Of a stretch of DNA of 39,610 bases, positions 11,151-19,395 are shown piece after piece. The notes under the pieces are model-generated. The model was not told the DNA's origin. It saw only the letters and a list, made by a program, of their open reading frames with translations, and made no database searches. The DNA lies in contig CAVUEQ010000002.1 of NCBI GenBank assembly GCA_963740635.1, positions 1 to 39,610 on the forward strand. The letters are read 5' to 3'. The stretch's first letter is position 1; every line of letters starts with the position of its first letter. A program made the position numbers and the translations under genes. Origin of the DNA: an uncultured bacterium. Lineage in GTDB: Bacteria; Patescibacteriota; Saccharimonadia; UBA4664.

Positions 11151-13583
11151 ACTCAGCCGGTCAATCAGATCCGCCTCCACCACCGCCTTATCGTGCCCGA
11201 ACTTCGCAGCAGACAGCTGCTTAATCGCCAGCCCCAGCTCGGCGTTGGCATTGCCGAGCGGCGCCGAATCCGCGATGCTAAACGGCTGGCTCGGCAGCCC
11301 CCCGATCATCAGCCGCATCGCCGCATGGTAGTTCGGAATATTCACCAAATCGCTCGCGTCAAACACCGGCGCGAACTGCTTCACCATAAATTCCGCGTCG
11401 TCCGGCCCCATCCTATGCGCCACAATCGTGCCAATGTTGCCAAACACCGCGTCGCGCACCTCCGGGCTCAGCTGGCCAATAAACTGGTTAGCCACTATCA
11501 AATTCAGCCGGTATTTGCGCGCCTCGCTCAAAATGCTGGCGAAACTATCCGTCGAAAAGTTCTGGAATTCGTCCACGTACAGCGCGAAGTCCGCCCGCTC
11601 CGCCTCCGGCATGTCCGCCCGGGACATAGCCGCCGCCTGGAACTTAATCACGAAGATCATGCCCAACAGTTGCGAATTCAACTCCCCTATCCGCCCCTTG
11701 CTCAGGTTCACCACCAGGATTTTCTTGTGATCCATCACGTCGCGCAGGTTGAAGCTCGATTTCGTCTGCCCGATAATGTTGCGCATCATCTCGTTGTTCT
11801 GGAACGCCCCGAACTTACTCACAAACCATCCGAGCATCTCACTCTTGTGAAAGTCGCTCGTCTGCCCCATCTCCTTCGTCCAGAAATCGATCACCGTCGG
11901 GTCTTTGAGATATTTAAACTTCTTCTTCAGGTAATCCGTATCTGTAAACACTTTCGGAATCTCAATAAACGTCGACCCGCCGGGGTCGCTCATCAGCGTC
12001 AGCGCGGCATTGCGGTACCAGTGCTCATACCGCGGCCCGATAATCCCCGTATGGCCCGGGTCGTACAGCTTGTACAGCATGTTTATCGTTTCCTGAACGA
12101 TAAAATCCTTTTGCGCCGGGTCGGTAAATTCAAACAAGTTCAACCCCAGCGGATACTGCGTGTCGGCCGGGTTAAAGTAAATTACGTCCTCAGCCCGCTC
12201 CTTCGGCACCAACGCCAACAGTTTCTCGGCGCTGTCGCCATGCGGGTCAATAAACGCGAACCCGTTGCCGGCCAGCATGTCCTGCACCGCCAGGTTCTCG
12301 AGCATGGTCGATTTACCGGTGCCGGTCTGACCCAGAATGTAGGTGTGCCGCCGCCGGTCCTCCGCGCTCAGCCTGATCTCCTTCTTGACCCCGCGAAATT
12401 CGTTAAAGCCAAACAACAGCCCCGCCGTCGGCAATTGCACCGGCCCGTCCACCTGCTTGCTCTGCTGCCGCTCGACGCTCGCGCTGGGCGTAAATTGCGA
12501 ATCGGGGAAATGGAACAGCGTCGCCAGCTCGGCGCTGTTGAGCACATTGCTGCTCAGCTCGTTGGGGAAAAACCGGAAAATAAAGGCCGTCACCAGCCCC
12601 TGTACGTCCACCGCCGGCAAAAACCTAAATCCATTCAGCCCCGGCGCGTCGTACAGCGCGAAGGCCGTCGCGATGTCGCGCAGGAGTTGCTGGCTCCTCA
12701 TCACCGACCCCGTCGACACGATCACGCGGATCAGCACCTCAAAGCCCGGGTGCTTCACCTTCTCTTCAATCCGCTCCACATTCGACAGCTGCAGCTTACT
12801 CACATCCGGCTGCCCGCCGTTCAGCTGGCGCTCTTCCGCCCGCCGCTCAGCCGGAGCTTTTACGGCCGCCTTCGCCAGGTCCATCGCCGTAAATTTCAGA
12901 TCGTTGTTTTTGCCTTTGCGAAGCTTCTCGGCCAATGCCGCCGATTTTTTGATCCACCCAATGGCCGCCGGCCGCAACATTATCTGGAGGGCCACGCCGT
13001 CTTCTTTTTGCAGCGCCGATATCGTAGTTAGCAGCGCCTCCATCGGGTCTTTATCGAGCTGGTCGTAGGTCGCAATCGGGTAGGCGTTCTCGTTCTTGAG
13101 CGTCATTTCCCCGCCCAAAGTAGCCGCCAGTCTCCCCTCTTGGTTGAAAATGTTGTGGTCTTCTACCTCCTCCAGCCGCGCGCCCGGATAGGCCGTCAGC
13201 ACCGCCTTCTTCACCACACTCACCAATGCCACCGGCACCGCCGCGAAGAAGTGCACGATGCCCTCAGATACAATCAGCTCCAGCGCGATATGCCGCTGGC
13301 CATAAAAATTGCTCTTAAAGCCTTCCGTCGCGGTCCCGGCAATCAGGTTATACAATACCTCTGCCTGCGACGTCTTCTCGCGCATCACCTCGCGGATATC
13401 ACGGTTCTCCGAATGCGTGTCGTGGGAGGGCGGCGGCAAATGGATCAGGATCGGCACCATCTTGAGCCCGCGCTCAATCGCCTTCGCCCGCCTCAATTTC
13501 TTCTGATAAGTAAAAAACGCCACAGCACCCAGCCCTCCTGCCAGGAGAAAAAACACCAGAACAATTAGCAAAATACCGCTCAC
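7746..13583 (-). CDS. Giant membrane-anchored TraD/VirD4-like P-loop ATPase (residues 1-~810) fused to a ~1,135-aa Pro/Ala-rich tail (1,945 aa)
   Basis: One uninterrupted frame. GTG start at 13583 with SD GAGGT 8 nt upstream. N-terminal TM (ILLIVLVFFLLAGGLGAVAFF). Walker A GQTGTGKST, Walker B ALYVDEFQNF, and RKYRLNLIVANQFIGQL. The rest is P/A/G/Q/E low complexity. Confidence 0.88.
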   Translation of the reverse strand: MSGILLIVLVFFLLAGGLGAVAFFTYQKKLRRAKAIERGLKMVPILIHLPPPSHDTHSENRDIREVMREKTSQAEVLYNLIAGTATEGFKSNFYGQRHIALELIVSEGIVHFFAAVPVALVSVVKKAVLTAYPGARLEEVEDHNIFNQEGRLAATLGGEMTLKNENAYPIATYDQLDKDPMEALLTTISALQKEDGVALQIMLRPAAIGWIKKSAALAEKLRKGKNNDLKFTAMDLAKAAVKAPAERRAEERQLNGGQPDVSKLQLSNVERIEEKVKHPGFEVLIRVIVSTGSVMRSQQLLRDIATAFALYDAPGLNGFRFLPAVDVQGLVTAFIFRFFPNELSSNVLNSAELATLFHFPDSQFTPSASVERQQSKQVDGPVQLPTAGLLFGFNEFRGVKKEIRLSAEDRRRHTYILGQTGTGKSTMLENLAVQDMLAGNGFAFIDPHGDSAEKLLALVPKERAEDVIYFNPADTQYPLGLNLFEFTDPAQKDFIVQETINMLYKLYDPGHTGIIGPRYEHWYRNAALTLMSDPGGSTFIEIPKVFTDTDYLKKKFKYLKDPTVIDFWTKEMGQTSDFHKSEMLGWFVSKFGAFQNNEMMRNIIGQTKSSFNLRDVMDHKKILVVNLSKGRIGELNSQLLGMIFVIKFQAAAMSRADMPEAERADFALYVDEFQNFSTDSFASILSEARKYRLNLIVANQFIGQLSPEVRDAVFGNIGTIVAHRMGPDDAEFMVKQFAPVFDASDLVNIPNYHAAMRLMIGGLPSQPFSIADSAPLGNANAELGLAIKQLSAAKFGHDKAVVEADLIDRLSAKPPISKERAAAASPAVTSPPPAPGPVPSAGPAPAPVPAPVVAPAPEPEPAPAPAPAPPPVPEPAPAPLPTPQLVPALAQLAFASAPAAAPAPGAALAERPVAQPVPVQNSQPAMDAVQAPIGVLVAGAPPIGAPPIGAPPIDLPVGDQAPGQATFAQPQPAQVVPALTQPAASPASGLQQGGAEDELAQQLVAAQSQVGENAPQPQTALASAAAATLATAPPPIGAPPIGAPPVALPNDPGTLSIGDITGGGRSGPVNAAVPAEPSPLDDVPLLGEGPQPEYVADGQPLEGDPYANIDILGDSPPPSASQAAPSQPASAGPVVGDGQPLADDPYAGIDVLGSAPAAPEPVPVTPPEPAVQPPAAESAVQPPAAEPASAQLDVPEPAGEPQVLEEPPIETRSGSEPGPAPEVVLEPVRIPADLPVPEPVAASEPVPTAPAVTPAPEPIAEPAGPEPIAAPVPAPLPVPAPRPVPAPEPMPRLAPEPASAPRPAPAPRLRPAPAPVLAAEPEPAPPAKPEPAPQFQPEPVPEPAPAPQQPAVSGPLIHFVDPAAEKLLNSPDASEDLTPDGKPRLSGLPEGVQLVQSAAPQPAPLPPVSQPMPKPAPQTTPPAQSQPVPQVDGMPAGQADLVAKLTAGPEAKPAVPPPPSPLDAVVSVAEALPPDMRPHETPVDTQGAPVKPAEAPVAAPEPVAAAAQAEPKAAPEAKPAPAATPPIAPAVPVAPAAPATPAMEPTAASPPPASGPGSGELIKPSAPTQQSQPATDVTPAEQIKKAEHVIDDLLSVSLIKPDSTAIHRRLPEPVQSNPDEERQLTGNIDLGVASPPAPPPDDRDKYAPSEHHGLKVIEPLEPIVPSKERFAKEIAELNKAEGVQPTTPAPAPANQPKPAGPASGQPSRPTTPAPVPGAGVKPAVAVPGAAAPSQPGAVPPMPSSAAVSLPPAPPAAAVIKHAEPMMLSQEPAPVAQLQVDEFGMPEAQSLAAGDVAKAKAIQAPPPASPSVPTAAAPPGPQPAAPGKPAGQPAPPAPAQAGKPDGQKPAVPAGGAPGDAGSGNRAGRRRRHRLEKPAETVGSKEEAEHNEPSAAAKEAAPLTGKLILPTGEKPAVEVKKADAPKPKKLAPGEVYVDDKGNVLIGE
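10026..10076. repeat. Two perfect 24-nt copies (CTCGGCGGCCGGCGGCTGAACCGC) at 27-nt period inside the tail
   Basis: The copies are at 10026..10049 and 10053..10076, encoding AVQPPAAES twice on the minus strand. Confidence 0.9.
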
Positions 13584-13606
13584 TAGCCAAACCTCACGTC
13601 TTGCGC

Positions 13607-14065
13607 CTACGTTCCTTTTGGCTTACTGTCGTCGGGGTTCGGATCCGCCACGGTTATCCCGTAGCGTTTCTGCAGGTAATCTTCCTGCAGGTCCTCGATC
13701 GCCTCCTCTTCGGCGTATGGGTCACCCTGGTGGGCCACGATGACCTCCTCCGCCTTTTGTACCCACTCCGGCTCTATCACGTCCACATCCCCGGCCGTCG
13801 GCGGGGTGGGCGTAGTCGCAGGCGCAGCGCCTGGGGTCGGAGTGGCTGCAATAGCCGCCGCCACATCGGCGGCGCTCAACTTGGGCGCAGGCGTCGCCGG
13901 CAGCGCGCCCGGTCCCCCACCGGGCTCACCTGCGGGACCTACCTCTGGAGTCGGCGCCGGCCCGGCCTGCAGGTTTTCCGGTGTAGCCCCGGGCGCCTCG
14001 GCTGGCCCAGGCGTGGGACCCGGCGCGTTCTCCGGGTGAACTGGTTGGGGTAACTGATTGTCCAT
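13607..14065 (-). CDS. Small protein (152 aa) with a Pro-rich N-terminal half and an acidic structured-looking C-terminal half. It is the first gene of the giant-ATPase operon.
   Basis: ATG at 14065. The C-terminal half is DVDVIEPEWVQKAEEVIVAHQGDPYAEEEAIEDLQEDYLQKRYG. The stop is 23 nt upstream of the giant gene start. Confidence 0.6.
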   Translation of the reverse strand: MDNQLPQPVHPENAPGPTPGPAEAPGATPENLQAGPAPTPEVGPAGEPGGGPGALPATPAPKLSAADVAAAIAATPTPGAAPATTPTPPTAGDVDVIEPEWVQKAEEVIVAHQGDPYAEEEAIEDLQEDYLQKRYGITVADPNPDDSKPKGT

Positions 14066-14073
14066 TACCCGGA

Positions 14074-14082
14074 ATTATACCA
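14074..14082 (-). promoter_or_regulatory. Extended -10 box TGGTATAAT, 8 nt upstream of ATG 14065 (implies a leaderless mRNA)
   Basis: The minus strand reads TGGTATAAT-tccgggta-ATG, with no SD possible in the 8-nt gap. Confidence 0.55.
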
Positions 14083-14126
14083 TATATTGCGCTTATGCTA
14101 CAGGTAATGCGCCGCCTACTCCAGCC

Positions 14127-15563
14127 TTAGTTGTGCACCCACACCGGCGTGCCAATCGTCGACCAGTTGTAGATAAACTCCGCCGCCGCGTCCGGCAAGT
14201 TCACGCACCCATGCGACCCGCCATAGTAGTAATCCTGTCCGCCAAAATTCCCGTGCCGCCACACCGCGTCATGCAGCCCATATCCCGAGTAAAACGGCAT
14301 CCAGTACTTCACCGGCACGTCGTAATTGTAGCCATACTGGTAGCCCACCAGATGGGTATTGGTCGTTTTGTAATAAATGCTAAACAGTCCTGTAACCGTG
14401 CCCAATCCCGCCCCGGTTGCCCCGCTCGTCACCGGCGAGTCGTAGATCACATTATGGTCCTGCCAGACCCACAGATGCTGCTTGCTCAGGTTAACTTCGA
14501 CGTAGCGGCCCAGGTCCAGGCTCACTAGCGTCGTCGAAATCGTCCTAAACGCCACCGGGTGAGACGTAATCGTAAAGGTCAGCGGGGATTGGTGCGTCAC
14601 AGCGCCGGCTATGGCCGCGGTCACGGGATCCTGGTCTATCGCCGTCCCGTCGGCGCCTTCGGTCTGCACCTTGCTGACACCGTTTTCGACCGTCACTTTT
14701 TTATTAACGGGCGACACATCGAGCTTGTTGGCCAGGTTCTGGACGTAATTTTTTAGCTTGGCCGTATCCACCTGGGGGACTAACTTATAGGCCAGGCCGT
14801 CGGGCTGCTTCACAAATGAAATCCACTGGCCGATTTGCGCTGCCGTCGGGGTAAACGTCAGGTCGTTGTAGCTCAGCACAATCGGCGTGGCCATGAGCTG
14901 ACGAGTCTCGGCAATTGTGGGCGCCAGCGCCTTGGCCTGAATATCGGCCACCCGCTCATGCGGCTTCACTGTGATCAGCACCTTACCGGGGGAGTGCACG
15001 TCGTCTTCAATCAGCCGCTCCAGTCCGGCGCGGTCAATGCTCCAGCCGCTTTTTTCATCCACCGTCGACAGTTTGGCGCCGCTCAGCACCACAGTCGCAT
15101 CCACCGGGGGAGTACCGATCTTGGCTGCCACCTCAGTCGCAAAGTCGTTCAGCTGCGCCCGGTTGAGGCGGTAGCTCAGGCCCAGGGGTTCCTGGTGCGG
15201 AGGAGGAAGCAGCCAGCCATCGCGCCCGGTGTTGTAGGCGCTGGTCAGCGTTGTCTCCACGTCGAACGTCACGCCCAGCTCAGGCGCGCTCAGCACATAG
15301 CTCTCACCGGCAATATTGAGCTTGGTCCGGTAGGCGGCCACGTCTTTTTGGATTACCAACCGGGCCTCGGCCGTCGTCAGCCCGCTCAAATCATGACCCG
15401 CCACCGTCACACCGGGCATCATCCGCCCGTTATACCAAGCTTGCAACCCCAAATGAGCCGCCAATACCACAAAACCTACTGCCATTCCCAGAGCAGCCAT
15501 ACGCGTCACCAACGTATACCCGGCGCTTCCATGGAGCTCGGGATCTAGTCTCCGCCTCAGCAT
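14127..15563 (-). CDS. L,D-transpeptidase (YkuD domain) with N-terminal TM anchor and long extracellular linker domains (478 aa)
   Basis: C-terminal YkuD signature ..GYGLHDAVWRHGNFGG..GGSHGCVNLP. TM segment MAALGMAVGFVVLAAHL. Confidence 0.9.
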   Translation of the reverse strand: MLRRRLDPELHGSAGYTLVTRMAALGMAVGFVVLAAHLGLQAWYNGRMMPGVTVAGHDLSGLTTAEARLVIQKDVAAYRTKLNIAGESYVLSAPELGVTFDVETTLTSAYNTGRDGWLLPPPHQEPLGLSYRLNRAQLNDFATEVAAKIGTPPVDATVVLSGAKLSTVDEKSGWSIDRAGLERLIEDDVHSPGKVLITVKPHERVADIQAKALAPTIAETRQLMATPIVLSYNDLTFTPTAAQIGQWISFVKQPDGLAYKLVPQVDTAKLKNYVQNLANKLDVSPVNKKVTVENGVSKVQTEGADGTAIDQDPVTAAIAGAVTHQSPLTFTITSHPVAFRTISTTLVSLDLGRYVEVNLSKQHLWVWQDHNVIYDSPVTSGATGAGLGTVTGLFSIYYKTTNTHLVGYQYGYNYDVPVKYWMPFYSGYGLHDAVWRHGNFGGQDYYYGGSHGCVNLPDAAAEFIYNWSTIGTPVWVHN

Positions 15564-15569
15564 AACGCC

Positions 15570-15575
15570 ATTATA
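15570..15575 (-). promoter_or_regulatory. -10 box TATAAT, 6 nt upstream of ATG 15563 (leaderless L,D-transpeptidase mRNA)
   Basis: The minus strand reads gcgtTATAAT-ggcgtt-ATG, inside the 54-nt gap after the pheT stop. Confidence 0.45.
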
Positions 15576-15617
15576 ACGCTAACGCTTGCTAAAGATACAG
15601 ACTGGATCGAAAACTAT

Positions 15618-17972
15618 CTATGTCCGCCGTTTCGCGCCGAGTTTATGGCTCAGCCTAGCCAAAATAGCTTCTTCCAACTCAACCGCCTCAGCCTCAGTCG
15701 GCGTGCGGTCGGGGAGCGAGAGGGTTAGCCGGATTGTCAGCCCCTTGGTGCCGGCCGGCAATCCCTCGCCATAGTAATCATCCACAAACTCCACTTCCCA
15801 CCCGGAGGCAGTATCGCGTACGGCCTGCCAGGTCGCGTCCGCCGGCAGCAACAGCGCCAAGTCGCGTTGGATCGACGGGTAGGAGCTCACGGCCTCATAC
15901 GCCCGGGTACGGCTGGCCGCCATCAGGGGAGTGAGTTCCAGCTCAAAGTGCGCGGCGTCACCGGCCAGCTTCATTTGCCGCACCCGGCCCGGCGGCAGCT
16001 GCCCAATCCCGCCAATCTGCGTTTTGGCCAGCCACACCTCGCCATAACGACCCGGGGCATAGGCCTCGTTTGCTGCCGGCCGGATGTCCACATCCACCCC
16101 CAGGCCGTCGCTCACCGCGTCCAGCAAGCCCTTAGCCACTGCATAACCACCCTCGGGCTCAAGTACCGTCACCCCCAGCCGCAGAGGCTCATCGGGCAGC
16201 TCACCTGAGCCGCGCTTCACAAACACGTTCGATATCTCGTACAGCTTCACGGCATTCCCGTACATCCGGTTACGCTCAAGCACGGTCATGTGGCTCGGCA
16301 GGAGACTGCTACGCATGTACGCCTGCTCCAGCGACAATGGATTCTTCAGCTTCAGATGCGCCTTTGGTTCAAGCCCGTAGGCGGCCAACTGCCGCGTCGA
16401 CACAAAGGAATAGGTCATCACCTCGAATGCGCCGGCCGCCCACAGGATGTCCCGCACTTGCCGCCTCACCGCGCGCACCCGGTCAAATTCGATCCGCTTT
16501 GGCCGCCAAGAGGGAATAGTGGATGGCACACGGTCATATCCCACGACCCGCACAATCTCCTCGACCAAATCGGCCGGCTCGCGCAAATCGGGCCGCCACC
16601 AGGGGACCGCGGCCACCTCAATGCCCAGTCCGCTAGTATCCTGTTTGTGCTTTTCTCCAAAATCTTTCACGTGGGCCTCTATCCCAAGCTTAGCCAAAGC
16701 GCCCACTGCCTCTTTGTGCGAAATTCCAAAGCCCAGCATTGTCTGTAAAACAGATAGGGGTAGTGCGATGTTCCAAGACTTTGTTTCCTGATATGGCGCC
16801 TCGACCGCCTCTAGCAGCTCACCGCCACCGGCAGTCAACATTTCGATTGCCCGGGCCAATCCAAGAGGGGGGAGCGCCGCCGGTATGTCGCGCTCGAAGT
16901 GAGCGCTAGCCTCAGTCCGCAGCCCGTGTCGCTGGGCCATCTTGCGCACTGTCACGGCGTCAAACACCGCCGCCTCCAGCAAAATCTCGCTGGTGTCACC
17001 CGATACCTCAGTACCGGCGCCACCCATGAGGCCGGCGAGGGCGATAGGGCCGGTAGCATCAGCTATCACCAAATCCGAGGCCGTTAGTTCGCGCTTAACG
17101 CCGTCCAGTGTCTGCAGCCGCTCACCGGGCTTGGCATGCCGCACGGCAATAGGGGGGACCACCTTGGCGGCGTCAAAAGCGTGGAGCGGCTGCCCAACCT
17201 CATGCAATACATAATTCGTGACATCCACCACATGGTCAATCGACCGCCCGCCGGCAGCCCGCAAACGCGCCTCAACGAGGCGAGGGGACTTAGCGCCTTT
17301 AGGCACCCGCAGCCTAGCCAGCGCGTAGCGCTTAGCCTCAATCCGCGCAGCCAACAGCCCACCCTTGGCACCGGACGACAGCTCAATATTTACTAGAGGG
17401 GGAGTGAGCGGGACTAGATCGGCCTCGGTCATGGCAGCCACCTCACGCGCCAAGCCGTAAACACTTTGAACGTCCCACCGGTTAGCCGGAGTCGTGAGGT
17501 CAATTACGGTATCGGCAGGGAAGAGCTCGCGCAATGGCGTCCCAACCACCGCAACATTTGACAATTCAAGAATACCGTTGTGATCATTACCCAACCCAAG
17601 TTCAAACTCACTGCAAATCATGCCTTCGCTGACTTCGCCGCGCAACTTGACCCGGCTGATTTTTTCACCGCCGGGTAGGGTAGTCCCTATCTGGGCAAAG
17701 GCCACTTTTAACCCAACGCGAACGTTCGGTGCGCCACATACTACACCATATTTCCCCTCACCTGTCTCCACTTCTGCCAGTTTCAGCTTGTCTGCTCCTG
17801 GATGTTGAACAACTTTCTTAACCAGTCCAACAATTACATGATCATCAATTTCGAATGAGGTACTAATTTGTTCAACTTCCATACCGGACCGCTCAAGCGC
17901 CTGGGCGATTTCGGTGTCGTTCAACATTGTGCGACATAGAGACTCTTTGACCCAAGACGATACAACCTTCAT
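15618..17972 (-). CDS. pheT: Phenylalanyl-tRNA synthetase beta subunit (784 aa from the MKVVSSWVKE start)
   Basis: This is the ORF-track protein. I chose the ATG at 17972 because it forms ATGA with the pheS stop (TGA 17971..17969) and gives the usual MK..S..W..E N-terminus. Confidence 0.95.
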   Translation of the reverse strand: MKVVSSWVKESLCRTMLNDTEIAQALERSGMEVEQISTSFEIDDHVIVGLVKKVVQHPGADKLKLAEVETGEGKYGVVCGAPNVRVGLKVAFAQIGTTLPGGEKISRVKLRGEVSEGMICSEFELGLGNDHNGILELSNVAVVGTPLRELFPADTVIDLTTPANRWDVQSVYGLAREVAAMTEADLVPLTPPLVNIELSSGAKGGLLAARIEAKRYALARLRVPKGAKSPRLVEARLRAAGGRSIDHVVDVTNYVLHEVGQPLHAFDAAKVVPPIAVRHAKPGERLQTLDGVKRELTASDLVIADATGPIALAGLMGGAGTEVSGDTSEILLEAAVFDAVTVRKMAQRHGLRTEASAHFERDIPAALPPLGLARAIEMLTAGGGELLEAVEAPYQETKSWNIALPLSVLQTMLGFGISHKEAVGALAKLGIEAHVKDFGEKHKQDTSGLGIEVAAVPWWRPDLREPADLVEEIVRVVGYDRVPSTIPSWRPKRIEFDRVRAVRRQVRDILWAAGAFEVMTYSFVSTRQLAAYGLEPKAHLKLKNPLSLEQAYMRSSLLPSHMTVLERNRMYGNAVKLYEISNVFVKRGSGELPDEPLRLGVTVLEPEGGYAVAKGLLDAVSDGLGVDVDIRPAANEAYAPGRYGEVWLAKTQIGGIGQLPPGRVRQMKLAGDAAHFELELTPLMAASRTRAYEAVSSYPSIQRDLALLLPADATWQAVRDTASGWEVEFVDDYYGEGLPAGTKGLTIRLTLSLPDRTPTEAEAVELEEAILARLSHKLGAKRRT

Positions 17973-19000
17973 CGAAACTTCTCCAAAAACCGGAAGTTCG
18001 GGCGCCAAAATTCGCGCACGTCATCCACTCCGTATTTGATGGCCGCCAGCCTCTCGGGCCCAAACCCAAAGGCAAACCCGCTGTACACCTCCGGGTCGAT
18101 CCCCACGTTGCGCAAAACCTGCGGGTGCACCATGCCGGCGCCGCCCAATTCGAGCCAACCCGTACCGCCACACAAATGACAGCTCTTGCCGGCCAGCTGT
18201 CCCGTCCCGCCGCATATCACACATGTTGCATCCATTTCAACACTTGGCTCGGTGTAGGGGAAGTAGTTTGGGCGCAACCGCAATTTAGTATCGTCTCCGA
18301 GCACACCCCTCAGCATTTGCTCCAGTGTGCCCTTGAGGTCGCCGATGCTCACACCCTTGTCTACCACTAACCCTTCAATCTGATAAAAGCTCCAGGAATG
18401 CCGCGAATCCTCGTCCTCATTGCGGTACACCTTCCCCGGCACAATGATCCGGATAGGGAAGTCATCTTTATGTTCCTGCATGTACCGTATCTGCACCGAC
18501 GACGTATGAGTCCGCGGCAAATGTGCTTCTTCCAGATAGAAAGTATCCTGCATATCCCTCGCCGGGTGGTCCTTCCCCACCAGCAACGCCTCAAAATTAT
18601 GCCACTCCGTCTCCACTTCCGGCCCCTCTGCTACCTGGTAGCCCATCTGCCAAAACAAGTCCACGAGCTGATCCAGTACCACACTCACCGGATGCCGGTG
18701 CCCCAAATCCGGAGCGACACCCGGAGCCGTTACATCGAGCGGCTTAGCAAGCTGCTGCTCTTCAGCTGCCGCCTCCAGTTCCGATTGCTTATCGTATATC
18801 GCCGCCTCCACCGCCACGCGCAGTTCATTAGCGCGCTTTCCCGCCTCAGCCCTCTGCCCAACCGGCATCTCCCCCACCGCCTTCAATGCCTGGGTCAGGC
18901 TACCCTTTCGCCCCAGATAGGCAAGCCGCAGCGCCTCGAGCTCCGTTAAGCTCGCGGCACTACTCACCTCCTCCAATATTTTGGCTTGGTCTAGGGCCAT
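17969..19000 (-). CDS. pheS: Phenylalanyl-tRNA synthetase alpha subunit (343 aa from the MALDQAKILEEV start)
   Basis: YLGRKGSLT, FPYTEPSVEMD and GGAGMVHPQVL. The 45-codon upstream extension in the ORF track overlaps the preceding membrane-protein gene and was rejected. Confidence 0.95.
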   Translation of the reverse strand: MALDQAKILEEVSSAASLTELEALRLAYLGRKGSLTQALKAVGEMPVGQRAEAGKRANELRVAVEAAIYDKQSELEAAAEEQQLAKPLDVTAPGVAPDLGHRHPVSVVLDQLVDLFWQMGYQVAEGPEVETEWHNFEALLVGKDHPARDMQDTFYLEEAHLPRTHTSSVQIRYMQEHKDDFPIRIIVPGKVYRNEDEDSRHSWSFYQIEGLVVDKGVSIGDLKGTLEQMLRGVLGDDTKLRLRPNYFPYTEPSVEMDATCVICGGTGQLAGKSCHLCGGTGWLELGGAGMVHPQVLRNVGIDPEVYSGFAFGFGPERLAAIKYGVDDVREFWRPNFRFLEKFR

Positions 19001-19365
19001 CTGAACCTCACGTACACTTCCACGATTACCAAAAGTATTCCCAGTAGTATAGCATCGAGCCAGCCAAATTGGTGCAGTGAGCTCAGCGCCAGCATCCCGA
19101 CCAACCACCCCCCTACCAGCAACCCCTGCCGCCACGAGTATCGCAGTCGGGCCGCCCCCGTGCTATGCACGCGTAAGTACGATTTGATACCGTACATAAT
19201 CAGAGAAATAATGCTTGCCAAAGCCAAAAACATTACCACAAACCAAACTGTAACTCCCAGCGGCCCCAGCTCAAATGGGTTGGTCAATAGCAAGCTCAAC
19301 ACCAAGCCCGTCACCGACACCAGCGACCACACCACCAAAACAGTTAGCCAACCAATCACAGTCAC
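18991..19365 (-). CDS. Small 4-TM membrane protein (~124 aa), translationally coupled to pheS
   Basis: Four hydrophobic helices (IGWLTVLVVWSLVSVTGLVLSLLL, VTVWFVVMFLALASIISLIMY, GLLVGGWLVGMLALSSL, LDAILLGILLVIVEVYV). The stop TAG overlaps the pheS ATG (ATGGCCCTAG). The start is uncertain. The ORF-track start at 19431 lies inside the upstream terminator hairpin, so I used the first in-frame GTG after the candidate promoter. Confidence 0.55.
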   Translation of the reverse strand: MTVIGWLTVLVVWSLVSVTGLVLSLLLTNPFELGPLGVTVWFVVMFLALASIISLIMYGIKSYLRVHSTGAARLRYSWRQGLLVGGWLVGMLALSSLHQFGWLDAILLGILLVIVEVYVRFRWP

Positions 19366-19395
19366 GCGGCAATTCCACTCACGCTTAACTCCCCC

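Noticed and set aside
10911-13031. Long alternative-frame or antisense ORFs from the track: the 706-aa ORF here, plus 1360..2091, 2448..3233, 5048..5887, 5379..6149, 7920..8714, 9545..10378, 10499..11224, 12343..13068, 14835..15548, 26003..27208, 33628..34284, 35848..36831 and 35943..36749.
   Set aside because: All lie opposite to, or out of frame with, genes carrying strong family motifs. Their products are R/H/P/S/G-rich low complexity, typical of stop-poor frames in GC-rich DNA. They have no start-site signals.
18120-18215. Double CxxCGGTG motif (CVICGGTG..CHLCGGTG) in PheS, considered as a novel zinc-ribbon insertion.
   Set aside because: I recall similar Cys-rich knuckles at this position (before GW.E.GGAGMVHP) in PheS of other bacteria, so it is probably a known lineage variant. 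This was not verified.
19001-19135. Longer N-terminal extensions offered by the ORF track: pheS to 19135, pheT to 18008, argS to 39565, lysA-like to 20171, marR to 24216, and the membrane protein to 19431.
   Set aside because: The extensions overlap upstream genes, promoters or a terminator hairpin. The shorter starts give canonical N-termini and have an SD, an ATGA coupling or a leaderless -10 box at the right distance.
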